Positions 1 to 13,886 are shown, counted from the stretch's first letter. The stretch is 64,000 nucleotides of DNA from Octopus sinensis (GCF_006345805.1 NC_043005.1:103974001-104038000); one strand, 5' to 3'. Notes: generated by a model from the sequence alone, not told the origin. Made by a program: numbers and translations.

Positions 1-77
1 CACACACACACATACACGCACATGTTTCTATGTTATGTTAGCATACTTCATTTGGCGAACAGAATTCGAATCACATA

Positions 78-345
78 GGCACAGGTGTGGCTGTGTGATA
101 AGAAGCTTGCTTCTTAACCACGTGGTTCCGGGTTCAGTCCCTCTGCGTGCCACCTTAGGTAATTTTCATGTACTAAAGCCTCGGAACAACTAAAGCCTTG
201 TAAGTGTATTTAGTAGACGGAAACATATATATATATATATATATATGTTTGTGTGTGGTTTACATCCCCATAACTCAGTGGTTCAGCCAAACCGGAGTAC
301 AAATAACGAACTGGAGTCTCACCACTAAAACAGCTCGAGAATAAA
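78..345 (+). mobile_element. SINE family A (tRNA-derived head, internal microsatellite, partial 3' half)
   Basis: Head GGCACAGGTGTGGCTGTGTG..GGTTCCGGGTTCAGTCC with A/B-box-like motifs. The same head-(TA)n-3' half layout recurs more than 10 times in the window. Confidence 0.8.
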
Positions 346-1084
346 AGTTAATATTATAGAGTGTTACTCGTCATACGATGGGCCAAAATGGAAGTTTACT
401 TTTGCCGCTATGGGTAATATCAAGAAATATCGCATGCGTGTGATAATTATGATTTAACTTTTATCAACTTTTTGTATACTTGTTTGATAAAATGAAATGA
501 ATATTAATTTTTGAAAGAAAAATACAAATAATACCTGAAAATAGAATTAATTAACAAATATAACACGACTTACTCCATAGAAAATCTATCTGCAAAATTT
601 CGTAAAAAAATATATCTTTCAGTAAGTTATACGAATAAAAATAGGTCACGAGACACTAAACTGGAGTGATGCTCCACCCCGCATCAGTTTGTCAGTTTCT
701 GTACACCCCCCGTCCCCATGCCACCCTCCCCAAAATACACAAATATACACACACGTACACACAAATGCCTTTATAAAGTTAGTTGCGTGTAAAAGAAGTT
801 TACAAATTGGTGACTAATTTTGAAATGTAAACGAAAATATTATTTCAAGATTTGAAATAAATACCTTATTTGCAATATTTTTTTCCGTGTATCTTTCTTT
901 TTATAATAATGATCGTATTTTCTACGATGCTACCTTCATTAATTAGCTACATCATGCTACTGAGACACAGTCAGCTCAAAATTATCAAAATCATGTTTCT
1001 ACGCCAAATAAGTCCCACTTTCAACTGTCTTAATTACCAACTATAACCCAAGTATCTAGGTTTTCTTGTATCTGTATACGGATC

Positions 1085-1235
1085 GCAGGCATGCTCGTGA
1101 GGATAAGAGGCTTAACCGGCAATCAAGTTGTTTTACTTTCAGGGCAAGTTTCTTCTACCATAGCTCAGAGTCGACCAATAGTCTTTGAGTAAGTACCCTT
1201 GACAGAAATTGCATGGAAGCCCGTCGTCTCTCTGC
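1085..1235 (+). mobile_element. Degenerate SINE A 5' half
   Basis: GGGCAAGTTTCTTCTACCATAGCTCAGAGTCGACCAA..GAAGCCCGTCGT matches the family A body, followed by (TA)n. Confidence 0.6.
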
Positions 1236-1423
1236 CTGTGTGGAAAAGCTTATATATGTATATATATATATATGAGTATATGTTAAAAGAAGAATTTATA
1301 TATATATATATATATATCTATATATATATATGAGTATATGTATAAAAGAAGAATTATATATATATATATATTATATATATAATATATATAGATATGAGTA
1401 TATGTATAAAATAATTATATATA

Positions 1424-1466
<43 letters not shown>

Positions 1467-1476
1467 CATATATATA

Positions 1477-1860
1477 GGCACAAGGATGGCTGTATGGCAA
1501 GAAGCTTGCTTCCCACCAAACATGGTTTCGAGTTCAGTCCCACTGTGTGGCACCATGGGCAAGTGTCCTCTACTGTAACCTCAGGTCGACCAAAGCCTTG
1601 TATATGTATATAGAGCATATGCATTTTTGTGAGTGTGCCTTTGTGTTTGTCGTATGCATGTATGTATCTATCTATAAACACACATACACATATATGTATA
1701 TGTATGTATTTGTGTGTCTGTGTTTGTCCCTCCACCGATGTCGATGTGCTTGGTACTGTAACCTAGAAGTTCGGCAAAATAAAATAAGTATTAGGCTTCC
1801 AAAGAATAGCGGTGCTTCATCATGGCCGCAGTCAAATGATTGAAATAAGTGAAAGAATAA
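1477..1860 (+). mobile_element. SINE family A, full layout
   Basis: Head, GGCACCATGGGCAAGTGTCCTCTACT core, internal (TA/TG)n, and tail CATGGCCGCAGTCAAATGATTGAAA. Confidence 0.8.
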
Positions 1861-1899
1861 AGGTATATATATATATATATATATATAAATGTATATAAT

Positions 1900-2480
1900 G
1901 CACACTCCCACACCCACACAAGCACATAATACCTGAACACAGACAATATATACACACATACGCAACACATATAGACAAACATAACTTTCGCCCACAAACA
2001 TACCTTATTTGGGCACAGACACACGCATATCACCTGAGCAAGCACACATCAACCCCTACATACACCTGACACGCCACAGACACATACCGCCTAAACAAGC
2101 ACACATCAACTGCTACACACAACACACACGCACACATACACATTAGCCCCACACATATACACACGTACATACGCACACAACACACACGCATACACAGACC
2201 ATTCTCATATACACACACACTTGCGCACCTTAGTTCGTTGGATCCACCGTTACAGTTATTATCATTATTATCTCCCTTTCATCCATTCTCTTTTTTCTTG
2301 TCATATCGCCATGTTGGACTGTTGAACTCTGCATATTTTCTCTCTCCGTTTGTTCATTCTTTCTCCGTTATTTTTTCTCTTAATCCTTTCTGTCGAAGAG
2401 CGTAAGCTCGAAGCGTAAAAGACTTTTTCATTTTTCCCGAGCGTTAAACAGCTTGTTGTTCCTTCACCTGTCTTCGTCCT
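1900..2480 (+). mobile_element. Solo Penelope-like 3' repeat/UTR remnant
   Basis: CA-rich tract, then TCGCCATGTTG..CTTTCTGTCGAAGAGCGTAAGCTCGAAGCGTAAAAGAC..TTCCCGAGCG..CACCTGTCTTCGTC. This is colinear with 57630-57820, downstream of the GIY-YIG ORF. Confidence 0.65.
2386..2421 (+). ncRNA. Minimal hammerhead-like motif, variant core, probably inactive
   Basis: CTTT-CTGTCGA-A-GAGC[GTAA]GCTC-GAAG-CG-TA-AAAG. Stems I and II are intact; A6 is T and A15.1 is G. Confidence 0.45.
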
Positions 2481-2667
2481 GACTGCGGCCATGCTGGAGC
2501 AGTTGCTTTAGTCGATCAAATGGACCCTAGGACTTTTTCTTTGTAAGCCTAGTACTTATTCTATCGGTCACTTTTATCGAATCGCTAGTTTACGGGAACG
2601 TAAACGCATTAACATCGGTTGTCAAGCGATGGTAGGAGACAAACATGGACACAGAAATACATACATA

Positions 2668-2710
<43 letters not shown>

Positions 2711-2867
2711 GCTATTTTTACTTTCCAATATCAATTTTTCTCACAAGGCTTTTCGTCGGCCCGCGGATATAGTAGAAGACACTTGCTCGTGGTGCCACGC
2801 AGTGGGACTGTACCCGGAACCATGGGGTTGCAAAGCAAGCTTCTTACCGCATAGCCACTCCTGCGCT
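2481..2867 (-). mobile_element. SINE family A
   Basis: Reverse complement of the head (2760-2867), internal microsatellite, and tail GACTGCGGCCATGCTGGAGC at 2481. Confidence 0.8.
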
Positions 2868-3011
2868 GATGTATATGTGTATATTTGTCCTCCTCCACTA
2901 ACTGGTGTTGACTTTTTTATGCCCCCATAACCGCTAAGAGGTGCCCCAGCATGGCCGCATTCCAGTGACTGAAACTAAACAAAACAAAATTACGTAGGTG
3001 TTTATATACAT

Positions 3012-3077
<66 letters not shown>

Positions 3078-3567
3078 GACACATATATTGAGCGAAAGAG
3101 ACAGAAGCAGAGAAAGTGAGAAGGAAAGGGAGACAGAAGGAGTGAGGGAAGAAGAGAGAGCAGGAAAGAGAGAGGGAGATAGGGTGAGATATGGAGAGAG
3201 AGAGAGAGAGGGGGGAGAGAGAGAGAGGGGGAGAGAGAAACGTATGGAGAGAAGGAAACAAAAACACAAACTGCTAATGTGAAGAGATAATATACATGCC
3301 GACATAGTGAAATACGCGCATGGAGCAGAAGTGAGGTAAATAGTGTGCGAAGATAAGGAGGGAGATGGAAAGAGAAGAGAGCGAGAGAGACTGAATTCAG
3401 GTATGCAGTAATAACCAACTATCTTGATGAAAAGACAGACAGACACATCACAAGAGAGGTGTTTAACGCTTGTTTGCTGAGGGTAACTGTCTGCTGTAGT
3501 GGCTGAAACAATCAGTTACTTTGGGTAGTTTTGGTTAAAAAAAGAATTGTAGTATCAAAGAGAGAGA

Positions 3568-3608
<41 letters not shown>

Positions 3609-4244
3609 AGGTAGGAAAGAAGGAGAGAGAAAGAATGATTTCTAGATAATATTATAATACTGTCTGTACCAGTTGTATTGTGGAACTGTCTAGCTTGTTA
3701 TGTGTTTGTTAGTTCTTAGTGGAAATGGCTTTTGTAGCTTAAGAGAACCTTCTAAAAAGTAAGTTATAAAAGAGTTATAATATGGCTATTTATGCCGTTA
3801 TTACTTGATCGGAAACTCTAACAACTCGTCAGAGAAATCGGAGTTGGCCGCCATTATATTACACGTGTTACAGATGGAAAATATATATTTCAGGTTATAT
3901 GTGTATATGTATTTCGATAAATATACAACTTACACATACATGCATGCATACATACATAAACATACATGTATATATATATATATATATAAATATATATATA
4001 TACTATGTATGTTGTATATATATATATGTATATATCGTATATATATATATATATAATATATATATATATGTATATATATATATTGTACTGTATGTATATA
4101 TATATATATATATATATATGCTGTAAATATATGATTTACAATATATATCGTAAATATTTATATGTTTGCTTAAATAGGCCAATGCAATGACATATGTATA
4201 TGTGTGTATATAATAAAAACTATATGCAATCATACATACATACA

Positions 4245-4310
<66 letters not shown>

Positions 4311-5570
4311 GATATATATTATATACATATATATAATATATATATTATATATATACATATATCATATATATATATATATATATATTACGTATGTAAATAT
4401 ATGCATGTCGATTTCTTGGAATTATGTGTAAACCTATAAATTTACTAATGTTATCAGATAAGCAGCATTCTTCTTAAACATTAGTGACTATACACAAACA
4501 TAAATATCACATATACGTAACACATACACATGCATACACACGTATATATATGTGCGTGTGTATAGAAATGCATGTGTGTTTATATATGCGTTTTCATGTG
4601 TAAATGTGTGTATGAATATGTATGCATAAAGACGTGTGCGTGTGTGTGTGTGTGTATCAGTGTATCTGTGTGTGTGTTGTGCGTGTTTGTATGTGTGTAT
4701 GTGCTGTATGTGTTTACAAGCAAGAAAACCATTTGTATGTTGAAATTATAAATCAATCTAAATGGAAAGCAAACTTTGGTCTGCTGTGGTAAAAATATGT
4801 ATATCTATTCATAAAGTTGTAGGAAAGTATATATTGATAGAAAGGATTAGAAAAATTTGTGTTCTCCTAAAAGGTAAAATATAGGTATATGCAAGCAATA
4901 CCCGACTAACGTGCTTCCATTGTAAACGGTTGCAGTTGCGTAATAACTGAAGCGATGACCACGTTAAGGCTAAAGTCTATTGTATTGGGCAATATTTTTG
5001 CAGTATAATTCAAAGGGACAGGATCGTGCCTGGTCTGTAAGCAAGGGAGTTCTCTGATCTTCAGCCATATCTAAACCAAACTCTTTCAGGTCATTGAACA
5101 AACGTAAGACCGAACAATAGAAGAAAGCAACTAGATTACCTAGCTATGCATTAACATACGTGACATTCTCCCAGCTTCACAAGAAGCCAGGTTTCTACAT
5201 GTATACCGGCATTTATGTGTATATGTGTGTATATGAGAACGTGTCTATGTATTTATACGTATGTATCTACGTACGATTATGGGCATGTATGTGTATACGT
5301 CTATGTATGTATCTAAGATGCCAAGTGTATGCATAGATATGTTTTGGATTTATGTGTGGGTTTCTTTTTAAGAATGATTATGCAGTTGCGTTCGCGTATG
5401 CGTGTGTATGTGTGTGTGTGTGTATACATATATTTGATTTACATAGACATACATACACACACACATTCACTCACATATATGTTCATAGACACTCATATAT
5501 GTTCGCGTGTATATTTAATTATGAGCATATATATGCATATACACAGATTTACAGGTACATATATATATAT

Positions 5571-5609
<39 letters not shown>

Positions 5610-5656
5610 TATATATATATATATGTACATATGATATATAATCTATATATACATAG

Positions 5657-5688
<32 letters not shown>

Positions 5689-5718
5689 GTACATATGTAT
5701 ATATATATATATATACAT

Positions 5719-5752
<34 letters not shown>

Positions 5753-6069
5753 GTACATATTATATATATATATATACATACACACACACACACACACATA
5801 TATATTATATATATATATATATGTACATATGTATATATGTATATATACATACACACACACACGCATGAGTATAGATGTAATTTATATGTGCATGTGGACA
5901 TGTTTATATATGATATACAAATGAGTATGGGTATCAATATAAATAAAAATTTAGGGAAGAGAAAAAATGTGAAAACACACATCTTTTATACACATATACG
6001 TATACCTGTATGCATACAGAGACGCAGTTATATAGACAAATACATGTGCAGGCACACAGCTATACATGT

Positions 6070-6115
<46 letters not shown>

Positions 6116-6438
6116 TGTGTGCACATGTATTTATCTTTTTGTGTACATATCAATATTCATGTCTTTTTATACATATCAATATTTCGCACGAAACCCATAT
6201 TTGCACGAGCACGCATGTGTTTTATACATACATGCATACATATAAACATGTACACATGTATACATATAAATATATATATATGAGTGTATGTATGTATATA
6301 TATACATATATATTATATGTATATGTAGATATTTACATTCACATGCACATATATGTATATACCTATATTCATGCACATAAATGCATATACATATATTCAT
6401 TCATACATGCATACATACTTACATACATACATACATAC

Positions 6439-6485
<47 letters not shown>

Positions 6486-7684
6486 AGCACACGAGGAAAA
6501 GTTATTATCCACACAAAAAAAAAAAACAAACACAGCAGCACAAACAAAAACACTCCACATATACACACAAACACATATTCATACATATGTATGTCATATA
6601 TTATATATAATAATATTTATATATATATACATTTATATATAACATATATATATATATAATATATTATATAATATATTTATATATATATAATATGTGTATG
6701 TATGTATGTATATATACATTTATATATATACATATAATATAATACTATGTTTATATATATTATATATTATATGTTTATATAAGGTGATATGTTATTGTGT
6801 ATATATATGTGTCCACGTATTGCTGAATGTTTGAACATGTGTACGTATGTGTACGTATGTGTATATATGCAATTTAGATAAGCTGAAGCCGGAACAACAA
6901 TAAGAAAACATTAGCTAAATAGATGGGGAATGTTTCCAATATAGAGGAAGCAGTCATGAATAGTACAAGATGGCGTATTTTAACTTATTTCTATACACCC
7001 TTTGAACAACGATATTCTATTGAATGGGAGAGTGTCAGTGGAATTAGGAAAGGGGTATCCTATGATGTTGGTGGTGATGGCGATTGTGATGGTGTTGTGT
7101 TTTTGTGAGAGGGGTGGCGGTTGTTGGAGAGATAGTGTCGCTGGTTGACGGATAAAAAGAGAAGGATAGTTGTGAACAAAACGGTGACGTATACTCATTT
7201 TTACCAGGTTTTTGATACGTTTTTCTTGGTTTATTTTTTATACTTGTTTTTGTTGTTTCATTTTGTAGAGGTGGTAGTGGGGTGTTGGTAAAAATGATGA
7301 TGATGGTGGTGGTGGTGGAAGAGCTAGTAATAATGATGGCTGTGATGATGATAATGATGGCTCTTGTAGTGATGGTGGTGGTGGTGACATTGGGAGCGAA
7401 ATGGCGGAAGGTGGCAGGTGGAAAGCAGAAGGCGTGTTTCTTTTCATAAAATCAGTTAGAACGGACACAAGACTCTACTGTCCGAAGTTATCCACATAAA
7501 AGCTAAGCATTTGTTTATATATGTACGTATAGATGTTTGCATATATGCCTATGTGCTTACGTATTTATATATGCAAGTATATTTATGTATACGCACACAT
7601 ATTCCTAGATCTTACCTAACAGTCTCAGTATAACATATAACACGACATGTAGTCAGATATGTATATATATACTTAAACAAACAA

Positions 7685-7726
<42 letters not shown>

Positions 7727-7920
7727 TCTTAAATGTATATAGTCATGTATGTATAAATTCATATTTGTGAGTGTTTATGTATGTAAGTATGTATGTATGT
7801 ATCTATCTATCTACATAACACATACTAACATACATACGTAAATACATACATACATACATACATACATATATGTATACTATATATATATATATTATATATA
7901 TATATATATTATATATATAT

Positions 7921-7960
<40 letters not shown>

Positions 7961-8849
7961 TTAAATATATATGATCTATATATATTATGTGTATATGTAT
8001 GAATATGTATGTATATTCATACATATATCTATTTTAGAATTGATGAAATTAAAGATACGCACGCAAACATTCACACACGAAACAGTTTCATAAAAATTAT
8101 ATAGGGTGCTCCAGTATGACCGCAGCCGCATGGCTGAAACGAATGTAAGAATAAAGAATACACAAAGTGCAGACGCAATGGTATGCGCACGCATGTTATT
8201 TAATATTCTAAAATTGTCGCGTGACACCTGTATTGTCAACTACTCACCCATATACCCACATGCATACGCACACTAGTGCACACACACGCGCGCACACACT
8301 CACACAGATGCACACGCTCCCGAAACTCACCCCCCCCCACACACACACACAAGCATACACTAATGCACCAACGTTTACTTGTATTTATGCGTGTTTGCTG
8401 TTTTTTTCATTTGCTGGTAGGGGTTAGTGTAAGTTACAGAAGTTAACCTCTGGGCGCTGGTATTGGTTGTGTGGTTAAGAAACATGCGATGAAGATGCCC
8501 AGTCCCACACTAAGATGTTTCTTTCTGGTTCAATCCCATTGCAGCGCATATTATGCATTCCCTGCTATATTCTCGGTTCTAGTATTTCGTTATGGCCGAT
8601 GCATATCTGAGGGAATCGCTATTTGGTCTTCTCTGGTAGATTTTCTTATTTTTATCGTTGGGTTTAGCATCACAACCTGGCCCTTGGGTGCTTCTAGGGG
8701 AGTCCATTCCGTTGGAGAGATCCAGGCCAAATCCTGAGTTTGAGTATATCTTGCTTCGTTTCCTCCTTCCTCCTCCCGCCACTTACAGAGACCCTATCTA
8801 GTCGTCTTGACCAATGTAATAAATTAAATACATAACATTATATATTCTT

Positions 8850-9170
8850 TCTACTATAGATTCTAGGCCTGAAACTTTGCGGGACGACGGTAGTAATCGA
8901 TTACATTGACTCCTGTGCTAGTAGTTATTTTATCGCCCCTGAAAAGTTGAAAGGTAAACTCGACCTCAGTGGAAATTGAACTCAGAACGTAAAGACAGAC
9001 AAGATCTTGCTAAGCGTTTGTGTCCAGAGTGCTAACGATTCTGCCAGCTTGCTGCCTTTCCTATTTCTTTACTGCCCGCAAGGGGCTAAACACAGAGAGG
9101 ACAAAGAAGGACAGACAAACGGATTAAGTCGATTATATCGACCCCAGTGCGTAACTGGTACTTATTTAAT
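8850..9170 (-). mobile_element. Two abutting SINE family B pieces
   Basis: Reverse complements of the head/core (CTGCCAGC, GAACTCAGAACGT, GAAAGGTAAACTCGACC) and of the tail-1 segment (CCTATTTCTTTACTGCCCGCAAGGGGC). Confidence 0.75.
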
Positions 9171-9374
9171 GGCCACAGTTGGAATGCTTTCTAGTATAAG
9201 TTTGATATGATCAACGTTAACCTATAGTTAAACAACAATAGATGGTTGATCCAGTTTATGTGTAAAATTAAAGCAAAGATGTGTTCACGGTATTTGAATC
9301 CGGAAAATCGATACATCGCACAAAACGATTGGCAGAATTATTTCTATTTATTATTTAAATAGTTATTTAAGGTA

Positions 9375-9827
9375 GTGATGGCAGAATCATTATCACGCCG
9401 GACAAAATGCTTGACGACTTTTCTTCCGGCTTTATGTTATGAGCTCAATTTCTTCCGCTGAGGTCAACTTTGCCTTTCATCCCTTCGGGATCGATAATAT
9501 TAGTACCAGTCAAGTATTGGAGTTGATGTAATCAACCAGCCACTTCCCCCAACATTTCAGGCCTTGTGCCTCTGGTAGAAAGGAAAGGCAGCAAGCTGGC
9601 AGAAACGTTAGCACGCCGGGCGAAATGCTTAGCGGTATTTCGTCTGCTGCTACGTTATGAGTTCAAATTCCGCCGAGGTCGACTTTGCCTTTCATCCTTT
9701 TGGTGTCGATTAAGTAAGTACCAGTTACGTACTGGGGTCGATGTAATCGACTTGATCCCTTTGTCAGTACTTGTTGGTCCCCTCTATGTTTTGCCCCCTG
9801 TGGGCAATAAAGAAATAAGTATTTCAA
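9375..9827 (+). mobile_element. Two tandem SINE family B copies with different tails
   Basis: Head GGCAGAA(T/A)C(A/G)TTA(T/G)CACGCCGG and core GCCTTTCATCC twice. The first ends in GGCCTTGTGCC, the second in GGGCAATAAAGAAATAAGTATTTC. Confidence 0.8.
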
Positions 9828-10389
9828 TTCAAATTGCATTTAATTTGTGATGGATTACTCTATTGTTCAACGGGGAATATTGTATTCATAGATGGTTAAG
9901 GCTCTGAACCCGATATAAGATCCCGTCTTATTATAATTACTGAGACAGAAGAAAAAGTTGGTAGAATTGTCTGGTCGCCAGACAAAATGATTTGAGATAT
10001 TTTGTTACAGCCCTTTACGTTCTGTGCCAAACAAGCAACATCCTCAAATGGTAAGCTTTTTTTTCCTTTCGAGATCGATTAAATAAGATAACAAGTAACG
10101 TGATGGATTTTATTGATTGATAGAAAACCGCTTTTGTATCTCCCATGTTTCTTTAATCAAGAGTTTACAGCTAAGATTCTGAACAAATCTTGAAGTTGCT
10201 TGAGCTGTAAGGGCGGCTGAGGCAGTAAACAGCCATAACACCGTCTACTATATTATTCTTGTGAGTAGCAGCGAACACCCTCAGGTGTTATTTCATTTGA
10301 AGGAACAATATCTCAGAAAATCTATACTGAACAGGATATGTTTTACGTCCGTTGTTGTGTCCAACGTAAAGTGTATGAAGGAACGGAGA

Positions 10390-10720
10390 CAGAAGAGAGA
10401 GGGCGCGGGAGCAAGAGGAAGAAGAGGAAGAGGGGGAGGAGGAAGAGGAGGAGAAGAAGAAGAAGAGAAGAAGAAGAAGAAGAAGAAGAAAAAGAAGGAA
10501 GAGGAGAAGGAGGAGGAGAAGAAGAAGGAGGAGGAGGGGAGGAGGAAGAGAAGGAGAAGAAGAAGAAGAAGAAGAAGAAGAGAAGAAGAAGAAAAAGAAG
10601 AAGAAAGAGGAGGAAAAAAAGAAGAAGAAGGAGGAGGAGGGAAGAAGGAGGAAAAGAAGAAGACGGAAGAGGAGGGGAGGAGGAAAAAGAGAAGAAGAAA
10701 AAGAAGAAGAAGAAGAAGAA
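10390..10720. repeat. Compound (GAA/GGA)n purine tract
   Basis: Read directly; about 330 bp of nearly pure purine. Confidence 0.95.
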
Positions 10721-10990
10721 TGTGGTTCAGATAATTTATTCTTGCAATGCTTAAATATATCTGACGAAATCACTGTATCCCGAAACCTGTCTAGCAACCA
10801 TCAATGTAGATGCAATACATGCTAGAAATAACAGCTAAATTGCCCTACAATTACATAATGCTGTTGTATAAACTAAAGGACAGCATTGGACAGTTTCTAC
10901 CAAAAAGACGTATACTAAAACATCGTTATTTGCTCTGTGGATAGCGAAATCTGAAAGCAAATACGACTGATACGAAAGCAAATATGTTTG

Positions 10991-11142
10991 TCGCTGTTGT
11001 GTGTCACAGGAGAAGAACTTCCTTTTACAACGGCACCTGTAAACCAGAATCTCTCACGCCAATGAGCTGATCGTCTTATGAACGAACACATTGCCATCGT
11101 GAAAATTGAGAAGTTGTTCTCCTGTGACGTACACAACAACGA
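10991..11142. repeat. Imperfect ~31-bp inverted repeat with 88-bp spacer
   Basis: 10991-11021 TCGCTGTTGTGTGTCACAGGAGAAGAACTTC versus the reverse complement of 11110-11142, TCGTTGTTGTGTACGTCACAGGAGAACAACTTC. Confidence 0.85.
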
Positions 11143-11414
11143 GTAGCATATTTACGTTTGTATATACTGGGATGTATTAAGATTAAGATTAATTTGCAAA
11201 TCATCGGTTTGTATTAACTTAAATCAATAATGAAGCATCTGGGTGGTTACACAATATGTTAGAAATAGTACTCAAAACTTTTTTCAACTGTTTGTTTTTT
11301 TTATTTAAGACAACACATATGACAATGTAGTCTTCGGTAAGCTAAGGCGATATGGACCTCCTTTGATCAGAAGCTGAGCAGGGGTTTTAGACACAACAAA
11401 AGCAACAACAACAG

Positions 11415-11466
<52 letters not shown>

Positions 11467-11738
11467 GCAGGGTCAATGAGTCGGCTGATCAACGTAGAAA
11501 TTACATGGGCCGCAATCATCCTTCACCTGACTTGAAGGGTAACAGGTAAAGTGGCGCAATATGCGCCATAAGTTATTTTAGTACACACACAGACGTGTGC
11601 ATCAGATGCAATCAATTAGCGGAAAGTTATGCTTCGAATGCAGACATGCAATAAAATCAAATTAGCGTCGGTTGATCGATTCCTAATAAATAATCGATAC
11701 TCACGGAAACTATTTAATTTGCTTGATTCCTTTAATTA

Positions 11739-11794
<56 letters not shown>

Positions 11795-11944
11795 TGTGTG
11801 TGTGTGTGTGGTGTATGTGTGTGTGTATGTATGTGTGTATATGTGTGTATGTGTGTGTAGTGTGTGTGCGTGTGTAGATAGATGAGCTATAGATATAGAT
11901 AGATTGAGAGATATTAAAAGTAAAAGTGTTTGTGTATATATACG

Positions 11945-12009
<65 letters not shown>

Positions 12010-12202
12010 TGCATGTATTATGCATGTGTATATATATTTTCATATATTTATTTATGTATGCATATATATGTGTCTGTGTATCTATCTATCTGTATATATG
12101 TGTGAGTATATGTATGTGTGTGTGCACAGTTCTACGCTTGGTAGACGAATATATATATATATATTTTATCTCTATGTACAAATACATGTATGCGTGTGTG
12201 AG

Positions 12203-12247
<45 letters not shown>

Positions 12248-12413
12248 TGTGGGGAATGAAGAAAAGAGAAAGTAAGAGAGAGAATTATTTTCAACATAAC
12301 AGACATACAATACACTCACACATACACACATACACTCATACACACAAATTCAGAAATAGATGTGTGTATACGTACATATATATACATACATACATACACA
12401 TATCATATATACA

Positions 12414-12457
<44 letters not shown>

Positions 12458-12849
12458 ATATCACTGTCGATATATGTACACTTTAATCCATTAATGCACA
12501 CATACGTTTGTATATTTATATTCATATGTGTGCATATACATCAATATATATGTATATATGTGTGTGTGTTGTGGTTGTTGTTGTTATGTGTGTGATATAT
12601 GCTTACAAGCATATATATATATTTGCATATACATATAGTGTGTATAAAGTTTTATGTGTATGCGCGTATTTAAATTTATTTCAATGCCGTTCAAAGTAAT
12701 ATAAAATGGTAGCGAATTGACAACAGTGTCGGATAAAATTTCTGTCGATATTCCGAGTCTCGTTATTCTGAGCACCATTCTCACAGGACTAAAACTTGCC
12801 ATTGTATTTTTGTAAATAAAATACTTTTTAAAAAATTTTATCTATGTTT

Positions 12850-13335
12850 AATTGGTTTCAGTCACTGGAACACAGCCATACTGGATATTGCCCTGAGGGG
12901 TTTAGTCCAAGAAATCGATCCTAAGATTATTCTTATTGTATCGGCCGCTAGGTTGCGGTTACATGGATAAACGAACGACGGTTGTCAAGCGCATGAAGTG
13001 GGCGGAAAAGCACAAATACAAACACTCTCTCTCTTTCTCCCCCTCTCCCTTTCTCCCTCTCTCACACACACATGTGCATACTAATGGCTCCCACACAGTT
13101 TCCCTCAATCAAATTCGCTTACAAGTCATAGGTCGGTCCAGGGCTAAAGTAGACACACATACTCATAGCGTGGGACCAATCTCGAAACCCTGTTGTTGCA
13201 AAGCAAGCTTCTTAAAGACACAGCCATGAAAGTAAGTACTAGGCTTACAAAGAATAAGTACTGGGGTCGATTTGCTCTCGACTACAGGCAGTGCTCTAGC
13301 ATGGCCACAGTCAAATGAGTGAAACACGTAAAAGA
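12850..13335 (-). mobile_element. SINE A (minus) plus an adjacent plus-strand SINE A tail
   Basis: Family A body on the minus strand at 12850-13230. AGTACTAGGCTTACAAAGAATAAG..CAGTGCTCTAGCATGGCCACAGTCAAATG on the plus strand at 13235-13335. Confidence 0.7.
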
Positions 13336-13659
13336 GTAGTGTTCCCCGTGTGATATACTTTTCCGCCTCATGGATGGAGGGAGGGATTTGTAGTGTTTGT
13401 CAATGAGAATTCAGACAAAATTAGCGTAACACAGTATGTGCTAGACCCGTACCATTGAATTACAGGTACAATTCATCCTATGAGTTTCTAAACAGTTTCA
13501 GTTTTCTCGGGTCTTCTTAAAATATTTAGGCCGTCCCTAGACTATTGTAAATGACTTTTGTCCGAGATGTCGCACAATGCACGAACCCTCGTGGCTGCAA
13601 AGCGAACCATTCGAGCATACAGCCACTATATATATAAATAGGTAATGTAAATCGGACTC

Positions 13660-13694
13660 ACTTTTGACCATAGGCTGAAACAGCTGTAAGAAGT
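13660..13694 (+). ncRNA. Decayed hammerhead-like motif (core deleted)
   Basis: ACTTTT-GA-CC[ATA]GG-CT-GAAA-CAGCTG-TA-AGAAGT. Six-bp stem I, palindromic stem III (ACAGCTGT) and GUA triplet are present, but only GA remains of CUGANGA. Confidence 0.4.
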
Positions 13695-13886
13695 AGTTTA
13701 TGGATTTCAATAATTTATAATATGACTTTTAAAATCTGTATTTGTATTATTATATTATCTATTGATTTATATAATATTTTGTATGCTTTTGATGTTCTCA
13801 TTTGGAAAATGAATAAATAATCTAACATTATAATATCCGTAAGTTGATGAACAAACCAAATTTGTTTCTCCATTTTCTTATTTGTA

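Noticed and set aside
4970-5145. ~57-codon open stretch on the minus strand (..FNDLKEFGLDMAEDQRTPLL..)
   Set aside because: The length is within chance and I recognise no homology. It needs RNA-seq or BLAST evidence.
10761-10791. CTGACGA-A..CGAAAC-CT-GTC hammerhead-like string
   Set aside because: The core and GUC triplet are canonical, but neither stem I nor stem II pairs. At best a fossil, and not supportable.
11552-11582. TGGCGCA-ATA-TGCGCCA hairpin then TTAG|T as a Helitron 3' end
   Set aside because: The terminus is TTAG rather than CTRR, and there is no second copy or 5' TC end to support it.
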